A stretch of 64,000 nucleotides of DNA from Candidatus Moraniibacteriota bacterium (GTDB taxonomy: Bacteria > Patescibacteriota > Minisyncoccia > Moranbacterales > UBA1568), in the NCBI GenBank assembly GCA_052034935.1, contig JBPOIB010000001.1, positions 172,173 to 236,172 on the forward strand. The letters run 5' to 3'. Positions 18,395 to 28,548 of the stretch are shown here, piece after piece. Positions within the stretch are counted from its first letter, which is position 1, and the number at the start of each line of letters is the position of its first letter. A program made the position numbers and the translations under genes. Under the pieces are notes generated by a model, which was given only the letters and a program-made list of their open reading frames with translations, ran no database searches and was not told the DNA's origin.

Positions 18395-19447
18395 ATGCAG
18401 CTCAAAGGCATTACAACACTGGACTTCAAAGGAAAAAATGTCCTCATGCGCGTCGATTTTAATGTCGAACTCAATGATCTCGCTCATGTCCAGGAGGGAT
18501 TCAAGCTCGAAGTGGCACGAAAGACGATCGACTCCGTTCTTGCTTCCGGCGCTCGAAGCATCGCGCTTTTGACCCATTTCGGCCGGCCCGAAGGAGCTCC
18601 AGACCCCCAGTTCTCAGTCGAACGTTTAGCGGGCGAAGTGATGCGCGTTCTCGGGCGGCCGGTCCGGTTCATTCCGAGTTGTCAGGGGCCAGTAGTCGCG
18701 GCGGCGGTTACGGAGGTAGTCAATGGCGAAATTCTTCTCCTTGAAAATGTACGTTTCGAACCCGGAGAGATGACGAATGATGCCGTGTTCGCAGCAGCGC
18801 TCGCGGAGCCGTTTGACCTTTATATCAATGAGGCTTTCGGAGTTTCTCATCGAAAGCACGCCTCAGTTGTTGCGGTGACCGCGCAGCTGCCATCGGCGGC
18901 GGGCCATCATCTCATGGAGGAAACTGAGCGGCTGGATGCGGTTCGCTTCAATCCAGCTCGGCCGGCAATCGCGATTATCGGTGGGGCCAAGATAGAGACA
19001 AAACTGCCGCTCATCCGGGCGCTGGAAGCGACCTACGACTGCGTTTTGGTCGGGGGGAAAATCGCGAATGAGGCGCTCGACCAGAAGATCCAGTTCTCGG
19101 AAAAAGTTCTTCTTCCACAGGATTTCGATTCGTCAGCGCGGCTCGATATCGGCAAGACGACGGCATCCTACTATGCGGCCATCATCAAGAAGGCAAAGAC
19201 TGTCGTTTGGAACGGACCGATGGGAAAGTTCGAGGAGAAGCCGTACGACTTCGGTACGCAGGTCGTGCTCGATGCGATTCTCGAAAGCGAGGCCTACGTG
19301 ATCATCGGCGGCGGCGAATCGCTTGCGGTACTCGAAAAGGCGGGCGTTTTCAACCGGATTGGCTTCGTGTCGAGCGGCGGCGGGGCGATGCTCGAGTACA
19401 TGGCCGGAAATGACTTACCTGGTCTCCAGCCGCTCAAGGCCGCATGA
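18395..19447 (+). CDS. pgk: Phosphoglycerate kinase (short, 350 aa)
   Basis: RVDFNV, THFGRP, LLENVRF, WNGPMGKFE, SSGGGAMLE. Confidence 0.95.
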   Translation: MQLKGITTLDFKGKNVLMRVDFNVELNDLAHVQEGFKLEVARKTIDSVLASGARSIALLTHFGRPEGAPDPQFSVERLAGEVMRVLGRPVRFIPSCQGPVVAAAVTEVVNGEILLLENVRFEPGEMTNDAVFAAALAEPFDLYINEAFGVSHRKHASVVAVTAQLPSAAGHHLMEETERLDAVRFNPARPAIAIIGGAKIETKLPLIRALEATYDCVLVGGKIANEALDQKIQFSEKVLLPQDFDSSARLDIGKTTASYYAAIIKKAKTVVWNGPMGKFEEKPYDFGTQVVLDAILESEAYVIIGGGESLAVLEKAGVFNRIGFVSSGGGAMLEYMAGNDLPGLQPLKAA

Positions 19448-19486
19448 TAGAATTTGAATACAGAAACTGTTAAAACACTCAATGTT

Positions 19487-20776
19487 ATGGCACGAATTAC
19501 TGAAGTGATCGCGCGCGAGATTCTCGATTCGCGGGGTAATCCTACCGTGGAAGTAATGGTAGCGCTCGATGATGGGGCAACGGCCCGTTTTGGTGTGCCA
19601 TCCGGTGCTTCGACGGGTGCCTTCGAAGCAGTGGAGCTCCGGGATAACGATCCGAACCGCTATGGAGGCTTGGGCGTGCAGAATGCCGTCTCGCATGTGA
19701 ATGGTGAGCTCCGTGACGCGGTCATCGGTATGGATGCGAGTGATCAGAAGGCGCTTGATGAGAAGATGATTATGCTTGATGGCACCGAGAATAAAGCGCG
19801 CTTCGGAGCCAATGCTATCCTTGGTATCTCGGCGGCGGCTTGTCGTGCATCGGCTAAGTCGGCAGGGAAGCCACTCTATGAATATATCAACAGTTTGTAT
19901 GGAGAAAGGAGGAATTCGAAGTATCCAGTGCCGATGTTCAATATTTTGAATGGTGGCAAGCATAGTGATTCCGGGCTTTCTGTTCAAGAATTCAAGCTTA
20001 TCCCGTATGGTATCGAGGCGTATCCTGATCAGTATCGTGCCGGGAGCGAGATTTTTCATGCCCTGAAGAAACTTTTGGAGAAAGAGGGCTTCGCAGTCGG
20101 AGTCGGTGACGAAGGTGGCTTCGCGCCGCATCTCGAGAGTCACGCGCAGGCGCTCGAAATAATCGGAAAGGCTATCGCTGAGGCCGGATACCGCTTGGGT
20201 GAGCAGGTCTTTATCGGACTGGATATCGCTGCCAACTCTTTCTACGAATCAGCTGAGGATCAGTATGCGCTCAAGCCCGAGGGTGTGTCGCTTTCCCGCG
20301 AGAGTTTGATCAATGTCTATCGTGAGTGGATACAGAAGTATGCTGTTGTTTCCATTGAAGACGGCCTGCATGAGGAGGATTGGTCCGGTTGGGCTGTCAT
20401 GAAAGAGAGACTTGATAAGGAAACGGCGGCCTGGAAAAAACATGTGCTCAATATCGGTGACGACCTTCTCGTGACCAATGTGAAACGGGTGGAGAAAGCT
20501 ATCGCAGAGAAATCCTGCAATACCGTACTTATCAAGCTTAATCAGATTGGCTCGGTGACGGAAACCATCGCGTGCATGCAACTGGCCGAAAAGAATGGTT
20601 TGGAGCGAATGATTTCGCATCGTTCTGGTGAGACCATTGATGACTTCATTGCGGATCTCGCTGTCGGTACGGGGGCGGAATTCATCAAGACCGGATCTCT
20701 CTCTCGTGGTGAACGGATCGCAAAATACAATCGGTTGCTCGCTATCTACGCCGACCGCACAGCTCCAAAAAAATAA
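19487..20776 (+). CDS. eno: Enolase
   Basis: REILDSRGNPTVE, VPSGASTG, GDEGGFAP, SHRSGET. Confidence 0.98.
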   Translation: MARITEVIAREILDSRGNPTVEVMVALDDGATARFGVPSGASTGAFEAVELRDNDPNRYGGLGVQNAVSHVNGELRDAVIGMDASDQKALDEKMIMLDGTENKARFGANAILGISAAACRASAKSAGKPLYEYINSLYGERRNSKYPVPMFNILNGGKHSDSGLSVQEFKLIPYGIEAYPDQYRAGSEIFHALKKLLEKEGFAVGVGDEGGFAPHLESHAQALEIIGKAIAEAGYRLGEQVFIGLDIAANSFYESAEDQYALKPEGVSLSRESLINVYREWIQKYAVVSIEDGLHEEDWSGWAVMKERLDKETAAWKKHVLNIGDDLLVTNVKRVEKAIAEKSCNTVLIKLNQIGSVTETIACMQLAEKNGLERMISHRSGETIDDFIADLAVGTGAEFIKTGSLSRGERIAKYNRLLAIYADRTAPKK

Positions 20777-20783
20777 AAAATCT

Positions 20784-21800
20784 ATGCAACGAATTCTCTG
20801 CATCGGGTCTTCATCCAAAGATGTTTTTTTTCCGACTGAGGAAGGAGTAATCATTGAGACGCCGGAGGATCTCCGCGCTCAGACGAAAGTCGCCTTCGAG
20901 CTTGGCGGAAAGATTAGCTGCAAAGAGCGTGCGGAATCGGTCGGTGGTGTGGCGGCGAATGTCGCACAGGGTATCGCTCGAATGGGCCATGCCGTCGGCG
21001 TTTACAGCCAGATTGGGAGTGATGAGGTGGGATCCTGGATTAAAAAAACGCTTTCCAGTGCCGGAGTCGAAACAGAATCCCTTATTGTCGATCCGGCGGT
21101 CGGGACGGATCTCTCTGCGATTGTCGTCATCCGTCAGACCGGCGACCGAGTGATTTTCCATAATCGGGATGCGAATGAAAAACTGAAAGTCGAGAGTGCC
21201 CGGCTGCAGGGCTATCATTGGTTCTATGTCAGCTCGCTCAATGGAGACTGGAAAGAGAATTGGCGGATGATTTTTCAGGCAGCGGAAAAGAATAAGACGA
21301 AGATCGCACTCAATCCCGGGCAGCATAACCTCAAGGATGACCCGCGGCTTATGCTGGAGTCATTGCCTCATGTTTCGGCGCTCTTTTTGAATAAGGATGA
21401 AGCCTTGGAGCTGCTCTTGGTCGGCGGAGTCGTGAACGACCCAGAGAAACTGAATGATGAGCTGTATCTCATTCAGGCATTGCACGGATTCGGTCCCGAA
21501 GTCGTTTGTTTGACAGACGGAAAACGAGGAGCATGGGTCTATGATGGCCGTGAACTTTGGCGCGCGGATATCTATGAGCCGAACGGGTTGGTTGATACGA
21601 CTGGAGCTGGAGATGCTTTCGGATCAGGCTTCTTCTCAGCGTATCTCCATCATTATCCGCTTGAGAAGTGTCTTCGTTACGGTATCGCCAATGGAGGGAA
21701 CGTTGTGGGCTCATACGGCGCGAGCGCTGGTCTGCTTGACCAGGCTTCGGCCGAAACGTTTGCGCCGAACGTACATGCCACACTTTTGGCTGACCGATGA
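20784..21800 (+). CDS. PfkB family carbohydrate kinase
   Basis: GGVAANVA and DTTGAGDAFGSGF signatures. Confidence 0.92.
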   Translation: MQRILCIGSSSKDVFFPTEEGVIIETPEDLRAQTKVAFELGGKISCKERAESVGGVAANVAQGIARMGHAVGVYSQIGSDEVGSWIKKTLSSAGVETESLIVDPAVGTDLSAIVVIRQTGDRVIFHNRDANEKLKVESARLQGYHWFYVSSLNGDWKENWRMIFQAAEKNKTKIALNPGQHNLKDDPRLMLESLPHVSALFLNKDEALELLLVGGVVNDPEKLNDELYLIQALHGFGPEVVCLTDGKRGAWVYDGRELWRADIYEPNGLVDTTGAGDAFGSGFFSAYLHHYPLEKCLRYGIANGGNVVGSYGASAGLLDQASAETFAPNVHATLLADR

Positions 21801-21826
21801 TATAATAGAGAAAAAGACTGTTCGTT

Positions 21827-23092
21827 ATGGGACTTTTCTCGCGCTTACCCTGGAAAAATCAAGAAGAGCTCTTCTTGGCTCTTGATATTGGGACAGAAAT
21901 CGTCAAAGCGCTCATCTTCCGGGTTGACCACGAAGCACGGCGCGGTACGGTCATTGGTGTCGGCCGGGCCCGCCAGAAATCAGGCAATATGCAGAGCGGG
22001 GCCGTCTCGGATATCCGCGGTGTCATCGGTTCGGCTCGAGAAGCGATCGATCGTGCCAAGGAAAAATCGGGAGTGAAGCGGATTGAGAAAAGTATTATTG
22101 GTATTGCTGGCGAACTCGTCAAGGGAACAACCACGACGGTTCATTATGAGCGAGTGAATTCCGAGATTAAGATCGGCATGCCCGAGCTCAAAATGATCAT
22201 CGACAAGGTCCAAGAGAAGGCTCTTGAGCGCATCAAGAAACAGCTCGTCTGGGAGACCGGCCAAGAGATTGAGATCAAGCTTATCAATGCGGCCATCGTC
22301 GATGTGCGGATTGATGGCTACCGCGTCCTGAACCCGCTCAATTTTCAGGGCCGCGAAGTCTCGATGAGCGTCTTCAACGCCTATGCACCACTGACCCATC
22401 TCGGTGCGATTGAAACGATTTCCGATGAGCTCGACCTCGATCTTTTATCGATTGTAGCCGAACCATATGCGGTCGCGCGGTCGGTCGAAGTCGAAGACAT
22501 GCTCGATTTCAGTGCCATCTTCATCGATATTGGTGGAGGAACGACGGATATCGCCGTGGTCCGCAACGGTGGCCTGGAAGGAACGAAGATGTTCGCACTT
22601 GGCGGGCGAGCCTTCACCAAGCGGCTGGCTCAAGAGTTTCAAATCAATCTCGAGACAGCTGAGCAGATGAAAATCGACTTTTCGAACGGCCGTCTCAAGC
22701 CCGAAGATATGCAACGGATCAACGCACTCTATACCGATGATTGCCGGGTCTGGCTCGCGGGCGTTGAACTTTCGCTGGTCGAATTCGCCGAGACTGATTT
22801 CCTCCCATCGAAGATATTTCTCTGTGGAGGAGGGTCTGGTCTACCGGGCATCAAACAAGCACTCTCGCTCCCGGAATGGTCGAAGGGTCTGCCTTTTGCG
22901 AAACCACCCCAGATCGGATTTCTTCAGCCACATGATATCAGCCGGATTTCTGATGCGACTGGTGAGCTTAATAATCCCCAAGATATCACTCCGATGGGAC
23001 TGGCCCACCTTGCACTCCTGAATGCGCTCGATGAAGAGCCGATCCTGACAGGAATCCTCCAACGCAGCATGGAGTCGTTCGAGAAAAATTAA
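21827..23092 (+). CDS. FtsA-like actin-fold ATPase
   Basis: ALDIGTEIVK, IDIGGGTTD, GGRAFT, LCGGGSGL. Confidence 0.85.
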   Translation: MGLFSRLPWKNQEELFLALDIGTEIVKALIFRVDHEARRGTVIGVGRARQKSGNMQSGAVSDIRGVIGSAREAIDRAKEKSGVKRIEKSIIGIAGELVKGTTTTVHYERVNSEIKIGMPELKMIIDKVQEKALERIKKQLVWETGQEIEIKLINAAIVDVRIDGYRVLNPLNFQGREVSMSVFNAYAPLTHLGAIETISDELDLDLLSIVAEPYAVARSVEVEDMLDFSAIFIDIGGGTTDIAVVRNGGLEGTKMFALGGRAFTKRLAQEFQINLETAEQMKIDFSNGRLKPEDMQRINALYTDDCRVWLAGVELSLVEFAETDFLPSKIFLCGGGSGLPGIKQALSLPEWSKGLPFAKPPQIGFLQPHDISRISDATGELNNPQDITPMGLAHLALLNALDEEPILTGILQRSMESFEKN

Positions 23093-23110
23093 AATGATTC
23101 CGCGAGGAGT

Positions 23111-25030
23111 ATGGCCGAAACACACTACATAGAAATAGACGAGGAAATCATCGGCGCGGTCGGCCGTCTTCGCAAGTCGAGCGCGACTGAGAATATTTTT
23201 GTTTTCCCGAAGCGAGCCCTCATCCTCCAGAGCATTATCAACCTCAAGCTCTTGGGGCGAGAAGCGGAAAAGCTGGGAAAGTCGATTACGGTCATGAGTC
23301 AGGATGAGCAGGGGATGCGGCTGGCTGAGAAAGCGGGACTTCGGATCGAGGAATATCATGACGCTGTCTTGCGGGAGCACCGCCAAGAATCCGATGTCCG
23401 CTTCACAGTCAAGCACGGAGAAAATATCCCAATGCCGGAAAAGTCGGCCAGCGAAGGCTTGCGGCGATCGACAGAGATTGGTTCATCGAGTTTTTATGCG
23501 CATCAAGCCAGTGCAGTGCCGCTTCCGGAAAAAAGAGAAGAAGTACCGCTGGCAGTTTCTCAGTCAGTTGCTCCGGTCCTGCCGCAGCAGTCCGACTTAC
23601 GTTCACTCCGGGTTCGAAATATGTCCCCGCCCCCCCAGACAGCGCTCAATTCGAAGCGCGATTTCAGGCCGCTACCGGCCAATCCGAGTCCACTGCCAAA
23701 TCGGATGGATACGGTCGCTCCGAGCGCGGTCTCAGATGTTCGGAAGGAAAAGCTCCGCCGCCTCTTCCAGCAGCCAGCCGAACCGAGCGCAGTATCGCCA
23801 CGCCCGTTGCCATCTCGGTCACCCGAACCCTCCTCTTCACAGTCTCGTTCTCACGAATCTTCATCTCAGGGAAGGTCATGGGTCTGGGCCGTTGTGAGTC
23901 TTTCTATCGTCGCGGCAGTGGTTCTGGGTGGCTATTTTTTCCTGCGTCCCGAAGCGATCGTATCAGTCGAGTCTCAGGCCGCTTCGCAGATGGTCAGACT
24001 CTCGCTTTTTGGGACGGCTGATCAGAATAATGGTGAGGAATCCGTATCGGTGCGCTTCATAAATGAAGAAAAGACCATCCGTCTGACTCGTCCGGCGACC
24101 GGAAAAGACCTCGGCAATGCCGCCAAGGCCAGCGGAATGATAACGATTATCAATAACCATAGTGATGCCGCACAGTCGCTCGTTGCCACGACCCGTTTCG
24201 AGACAAGTGATGGGAAAATCTACCGGCTCGTCGAGGGTGTGACGGTGCCAGGAATAAAGAATGAGGGCGGAAAGAAAGTTCCTGGAAAAACAGACGCTCG
24301 TGTAATCGCTGATGCGACCGGAATGAGCTTCAATATCGCTTCCGGAACATTCAAGATCCCAGGTTTCAAGGGCGGTCCTAAATACGACTCGATTACGGCT
24401 GAGGTCAAGTCGGCCTTTATCGGCGGCGGTGATGGTACCGGCGGAAATGCGCTGTCGATCGCGGCAGCCGATCTCGATTCGGCGAAGGAGGCAGCCGCCG
24501 AGGAGGCGAAACAAGCAGTCTTTTCTAGTCTCCGTTCTAATCTCGCGTCCGGAGAAGCGATACTGGAAAAATCATTCCAGACGGCTGTCGTCGGGACGCC
24601 GGTGGCCCCCCCGATCGGAACCGTGGTACAGGCCGGTTTCGAGTATGAAGCCCGTTTCCAAGTCAGAGGATTCGTCATTTCGGAGGCTGGGCTGCGGGGC
24701 ATTCTCGATCAAGAAACCATCGAATCGGCTGGGGTTGTTCTGAAGCCGCATAGCTATGAAATCGGTTATGGTACGGTGCTTTCTAACTTCGAGACGAAAC
24801 GCGTTGACTTCACGGTTGAAAGTAAAGTATTCTTCCAGGCGCCACTGGACGAAGAAGAACTGAAGAAAGAGCTGCTCGGTCTGGATGAAGAGGGTATCCG
24901 GAATTTCCTTGGCACCCATCCGGAGATTAAGCGTCTTCAGGTAGAATTCAAGCCGAAGGTATTTATTGCCACTATCCCTGAAGACCCAAATCGAGTCGTA
25001 GTCCAATTCCGTCCTCCAGAAAGCGAGTAA
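23111..25030 (+). CDS. Bitopic membrane protein with baseplate-J-like extracellular region
   Basis: Conserved-looking N-domain, Pro/Ser linker, single TM, KASGMITIIN...QSLVATTRF...IPGFKG region typical of CPR/Chloroflexi baseplate_J-annotated proteins (recalled, not searched). Confidence 0.6.
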   Translation: MAETHYIEIDEEIIGAVGRLRKSSATENIFVFPKRALILQSIINLKLLGREAEKLGKSITVMSQDEQGMRLAEKAGLRIEEYHDAVLREHRQESDVRFTVKHGENIPMPEKSASEGLRRSTEIGSSSFYAHQASAVPLPEKREEVPLAVSQSVAPVLPQQSDLRSLRVRNMSPPPQTALNSKRDFRPLPANPSPLPNRMDTVAPSAVSDVRKEKLRRLFQQPAEPSAVSPRPLPSRSPEPSSSQSRSHESSSQGRSWVWAVVSLSIVAAVVLGGYFFLRPEAIVSVESQAASQMVRLSLFGTADQNNGEESVSVRFINEEKTIRLTRPATGKDLGNAAKASGMITIINNHSDAAQSLVATTRFETSDGKIYRLVEGVTVPGIKNEGGKKVPGKTDARVIADATGMSFNIASGTFKIPGFKGGPKYDSITAEVKSAFIGGGDGTGGNALSIAAADLDSAKEAAAEEAKQAVFSSLRSNLASGEAILEKSFQTAVVGTPVAPPIGTVVQAGFEYEARFQVRGFVISEAGLRGILDQETIESAGVVLKPHSYEIGYGTVLSNFETKRVDFTVESKVFFQAPLDEEELKKELLGLDEEGIRNFLGTHPEIKRLQVEFKPKVFIATIPEDPNRVVVQFRPPESE

Positions 25031-25057
25031 GAGAGATAATTGAGAGAGTAATTCTGT

Positions 25058-25348
25058 ATGTCTGGGATAACGTATGACGGCGGAGGGAATGATGAGGATC
25101 CAGTCCGAGCTCAGCACCTGAAGCGCCGGAAGCTTGATAGCGAGATGTTCATTCTCCAATCCGACCGTTCGAAGTTCGAACGTCAGTCGAATGAGCTCGA
25201 TGCCGAAATCCGGGCGCTCGAAAAGCAACTCACGGAAAAAGAGATAGAAATCGATACACTGAAGGGGAAGCGTAAACATCTCATTCAGAAAATGCAGGAT
25301 GCCGACGCAGAGATTCTTCGTTTGAAGCGCTCGGTCTACAAGAAATAA
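25058..25348 (+). CDS. Coiled-coil hypothetical protein
   Basis: Heptad-rich 96-aa ORF in operon context. Confidence 0.65.
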   Translation: MSGITYDGGGNDEDPVRAQHLKRRKLDSEMFILQSDRSKFERQSNELDAEIRALEKQLTEKEIEIDTLKGKRKHLIQKMQDADAEILRLKRSVYKK

Positions 25349-25358
25349 TGCTCTGTCT

Positions 25359-25577
25359 ATGAAAACCGACACTTTCGTCAAATTAGTCGTTCCAGAGATC
25401 CTGCGGAGTCCGGATGTGACTGATACGAGTTTTCTCCGCTCAAATATCCGAGCCATCGGTCGGAAGTTCGAATCGGGAGACATTGATGGGCAGGGAGTCA
25501 TGGCTGAAATTGAGCGCCTGTTGCCTTGGCAGCTCGGTCGTGATATTAAGAAGAGCATTGAAAAAATCCTCCGTTAG
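25359..25577 (+). CDS. Small hypothetical protein
   Basis: 72-aa ORF tightly packed before alaS. Confidence 0.55.
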   Translation: MKTDTFVKLVVPEILRSPDVTDTSFLRSNIRAIGRKFESGDIDGQGVMAEIERLLPWQLGRDIKKSIEKILR

Positions 25578-25590
25578 CCCCGAAAAAACT

Positions 25591-27477
25591 ATGCAGACCA
25601 GTCAGATCCGGGCGAAGTATCTCGCCTATTTCCAATCCCAGAAACACACAGTGGTACCTTCAGCGCCACTTGTCCCTGAAAACGACCCAACAACCCTCTT
25701 CACCGGTTCGGGGATGCAGCCTATCGTGCCGTACCTCCTCGGTGCGCCGCATCCACTCGGTACTCGGATCGCTGATTCGCAGAAATGTTTCCGAAGCCAG
25801 GATATCGAGGAAGTCGGGGATAACCGCCATACCACGTTTTTTGAGATGCTCGGCAACTGGTCGTTCGGCGACTACTTCAAGACCGAACAAATTGATTGGA
25901 TGTGGGAATTCCTGACAGCTGAGCTTGGACTTGATCCGAAGCGGCTTTACTTCACCTGTTTCCGCGGGAATGATACGCTCGGTATCCCGAAGGATACGAG
26001 CTCGGCCGAACGTTGGCAGGCGCTGTTCAAGGCGGCCGGTATCGATGCAAAAATCGGTGAAGATTCTGAGAAAGACGGCATGCAGCCGGGAGAGAGGATT
26101 TTTTACTACTCTGAAAAAAAGAACTGGTGGAGCCGGGCGGGCGTACCGGGCAATATGCCGGTCGGGGAGCCGGGCGGGCCGGATACCGAGATGTTCTGGG
26201 ATTTCGACCCGACCAATGAGATGGAGATGCACGAGTCTTCTGTGTGGAAGAATGAGCCATGCCATGTGAACTGCGACTGCGGCCGTTTCATGGAGATCGG
26301 CAACAATGTCTTCATGCAGTACAAGAAGGCCGAAACCGGCTTCGAGAAGCTCGCGCAGCAGAATGTAGACTTCGGCGGCGGACTTGAGCGCATGGCAGCC
26401 GCGCTCGCTGATGATCCGGATGTTTTCAAACTCGATCTTTTTACTGAGGCCAAAACAACACTTGAAACCCTTTCCGGAAAACCATATGGTGAGTCAGCGG
26501 AAACGACGCATGCGTTCCGTGTTATCCTCGACCATATCCGCGCCGCGGTCTTTCTTATTGGTGACGGGGTCCTGCCATCAAATAAGGATCAGGGGTATTT
26601 CGTCCGTCGTCTTATCCGTCGTGCGGTTCGCTACGGCAAGAAACTCGGCATCCAAGATGTCTTCACTGTCCCTATCGCGACACCATTCATCGCAACCTAC
26701 CGACTACAGTATCCAAACCTCGATGAAAAACAGCAAACTATCCTTTCAGCTCTCGCCGAAGAGGAAAAGAAATTCCGGACAACGCTGGAAAAAGGCCTTC
26801 AGGAAGTGGAAAAGCGGATTTCTCTTGGAACGCTGACCGGCAAGGACGCATTTGAACTTTTTTCGACGTATGGTTTTCCGCTTGAGATGACGGAGGAGAT
26901 TGCGATCGAGCGCGGGGCTAGCGTTAACCGTGAGGAATTCCAGAGAGAATTTCAACAGCACCAAGACCTGTCCCGGACAGCGTCAGCGGGGAAATTCAAA
27001 GGCGGATTGGCTGACCACAGCGCGAAAGTGACGGCACTTCACACCTCGACGCACCTCATGCTTGCCGCGCTCCGCAAAGAGCTCGGGCCGGATGTCCATC
27101 AGGCAGGATCGAATATTACTGAGGAGCGGACCCGTTTTGACTTCACCTATCCGGAAAAGGTGCCACGGGAAGTACTCGACCGGGTTGAAGCGTACGTGAA
27201 TACCGCACTCCAGGCCGAGGCGACGGTCGGGACGAAAATAATGGAGAAAGAAGCTGCCAAAGCGGCTGGGGTCGAGGGGAGTTTTTGGGAGAAATATCCT
27301 GAAAAAGTGACCGTATATCAGGTCGTGGGACAGGACGGTACTGTGTATTCCCAGGAGCTCTGCGGTGGCCCGCACGTGGCAAAAACAGCTGATATTGGGG
27401 CTTTCGGGCGGTTCCGCATCACGAAGGAGGAGGCGTCATCCGCTGGCGTCCGGCGAGTGAAGGCGGTCCTGGAATAG
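25591..27477 (+). CDS. alaS: Alanine--tRNA ligase (lacks C-Ala domain)
   Basis: TLFTGSGMQP, RHTTFFEMLGNWSFGDYFK, HTSTH, ELCGGPHV; ends GVRRVKAVLE. Confidence 0.96.
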   Translation: MQTSQIRAKYLAYFQSQKHTVVPSAPLVPENDPTTLFTGSGMQPIVPYLLGAPHPLGTRIADSQKCFRSQDIEEVGDNRHTTFFEMLGNWSFGDYFKTEQIDWMWEFLTAELGLDPKRLYFTCFRGNDTLGIPKDTSSAERWQALFKAAGIDAKIGEDSEKDGMQPGERIFYYSEKKNWWSRAGVPGNMPVGEPGGPDTEMFWDFDPTNEMEMHESSVWKNEPCHVNCDCGRFMEIGNNVFMQYKKAETGFEKLAQQNVDFGGGLERMAAALADDPDVFKLDLFTEAKTTLETLSGKPYGESAETTHAFRVILDHIRAAVFLIGDGVLPSNKDQGYFVRRLIRRAVRYGKKLGIQDVFTVPIATPFIATYRLQYPNLDEKQQTILSALAEEEKKFRTTLEKGLQEVEKRISLGTLTGKDAFELFSTYGFPLEMTEEIAIERGASVNREEFQREFQQHQDLSRTASAGKFKGGLADHSAKVTALHTSTHLMLAALRKELGPDVHQAGSNITEERTRFDFTYPEKVPREVLDRVEAYVNTALQAEATVGTKIMEKEAAKAAGVEGSFWEKYPEKVTVYQVVGQDGTVYSQELCGGPHVAKTADIGAFGRFRITKEEASSAGVRRVKAVLE

Positions 27478-27549
27478 ACCCTCTTCTCACGATTGACAAT
27501 TCCGTCCGCTCGGGCTATACTCAGACAGTATCAATTTTTCGAGACCTTT

Positions 27550-27855
27550 ATGATCGCCGTTATCCATACCGGAGGAAAGCAGTACAAAGTCGCCGTCGGC
27601 GATGTTGTTAAAGTTGAAAAACTCGAAGCCGAGCCGGGCAATGTCATCAAATTCGAAACCTACTTCGTGGGCGATGAGAACACTGTGACGATCGGCGCGC
27701 CGGCCGTAAAGAATCATGTCGAAGGTAAAGTGGTCGCTCATGGTCGCCACGCCAAAGTGACCGGCATCCGGCATAAGGCGAAGAAACGCGAAATGACTCG
27801 TTACGGGCATCGCCAGGACTATACCGCTGTTGAAATCACCAAGATTGCTGCCTAA
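27550..27855 (+). CDS. rplU: 50S ribosomal protein L21
   Basis: AVIHTGGKQYKV, GHRQDYT. Confidence 0.97.
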   Translation: MIAVIHTGGKQYKVAVGDVVKVEKLEAEPGNVIKFETYFVGDENTVTIGAPAVKNHVEGKVVAHGRHAKVTGIRHKAKKREMTRYGHRQDYTAVEITKIAA

Positions 27856-27860
27856 GAAAG

Positions 27861-27887
27861 AAAAGACCGCCCAGTAGGGGCGGTTTT
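27861..27887. terminator. Bidirectional terminator rplU/recR
   Basis: AAAAGACCGCCC agta GGGGCGGTTTT. Confidence 0.7.
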
Positions 27888-27916
27888 ACTTTGTCTCGCG
27901 AATCTCCCTGCGACAG

Positions 27917-28507
27917 CTATTTCAGGGATTTCCGATTCTCGAGCGAAGAAGAGAGGGTGAGCTCATCCGCATATTCGATATCGCCGCCGGTTGCGAGTCC
28001 GCGCGCAATCCGAGTGATGACGGCTCCTGTATCGGCGAGTTTGGATTTCACGAAGTACGCCGTCATATCGCCTTCGGTCGTCGGATTGGTCGCGAGGATG
28101 ACCTCTTTGACGCCCGATTTCTGGATCCGTTGTTTCAATTCGGCGACCCGGAGCGTCTCATCGTCTTTGCCGGAGTCGAGCACGCCGCCGAGGACATGGT
28201 AGAGTCCGCAGAAGCTTCCGGTGCGCTCGATCGCAATGACGTCGAGCGGTTCTTCGACGACGCAGATAGTGGTACGGTCACGCGAAGCATCGCTGCAGAA
28301 AGCACAGAGCTCTGATTCGGAGATATAGAAGCAGTCCTGGCAGCTTGAGAGATGTTTCAGGCCTTCGAGGCTTTCAGCAAAGGCGAGGAGCTTTTCTTCG
28401 TCTTGCTTGAAGAGATAGAGGACGAGGCGCTCAGCCATTTTCGGCCCGATGGATGGTAGGCTCGAAAAATGTGTGATGAGGGATTCGAAGGGTTTAGGGT
28501 AGCGCAT
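27917..28507 (-). CDS. recR: Recombination mediator RecR
   Basis: LPSIGPKMAERL, C4 zinc finger, YHVLGG, ATNPTTEG, EYADELTL. Confidence 0.96.
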   Translation of the reverse strand: MRYPKPFESLITHFSSLPSIGPKMAERLVLYLFKQDEEKLLAFAESLEGLKHLSSCQDCFYISESELCAFCSDASRDRTTICVVEEPLDVIAIERTGSFCGLYHVLGGVLDSGKDDETLRVAELKQRIQKSGVKEVILATNPTTEGDMTAYFVKSKLADTGAVITRIARGLATGGDIEYADELTLSSSLENRKSLK

Positions 28508-28548
28508 ATACTATTCAGCATACAGCATACTGGAAGGTCTCTCTAGTC

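Noticed and set aside
25591-27477. Short AlaRS (and short Pgk, HrcA) as pseudogenes
   Set aside because: Motifs intact with clean stops; consistent with streamlined CPR forms
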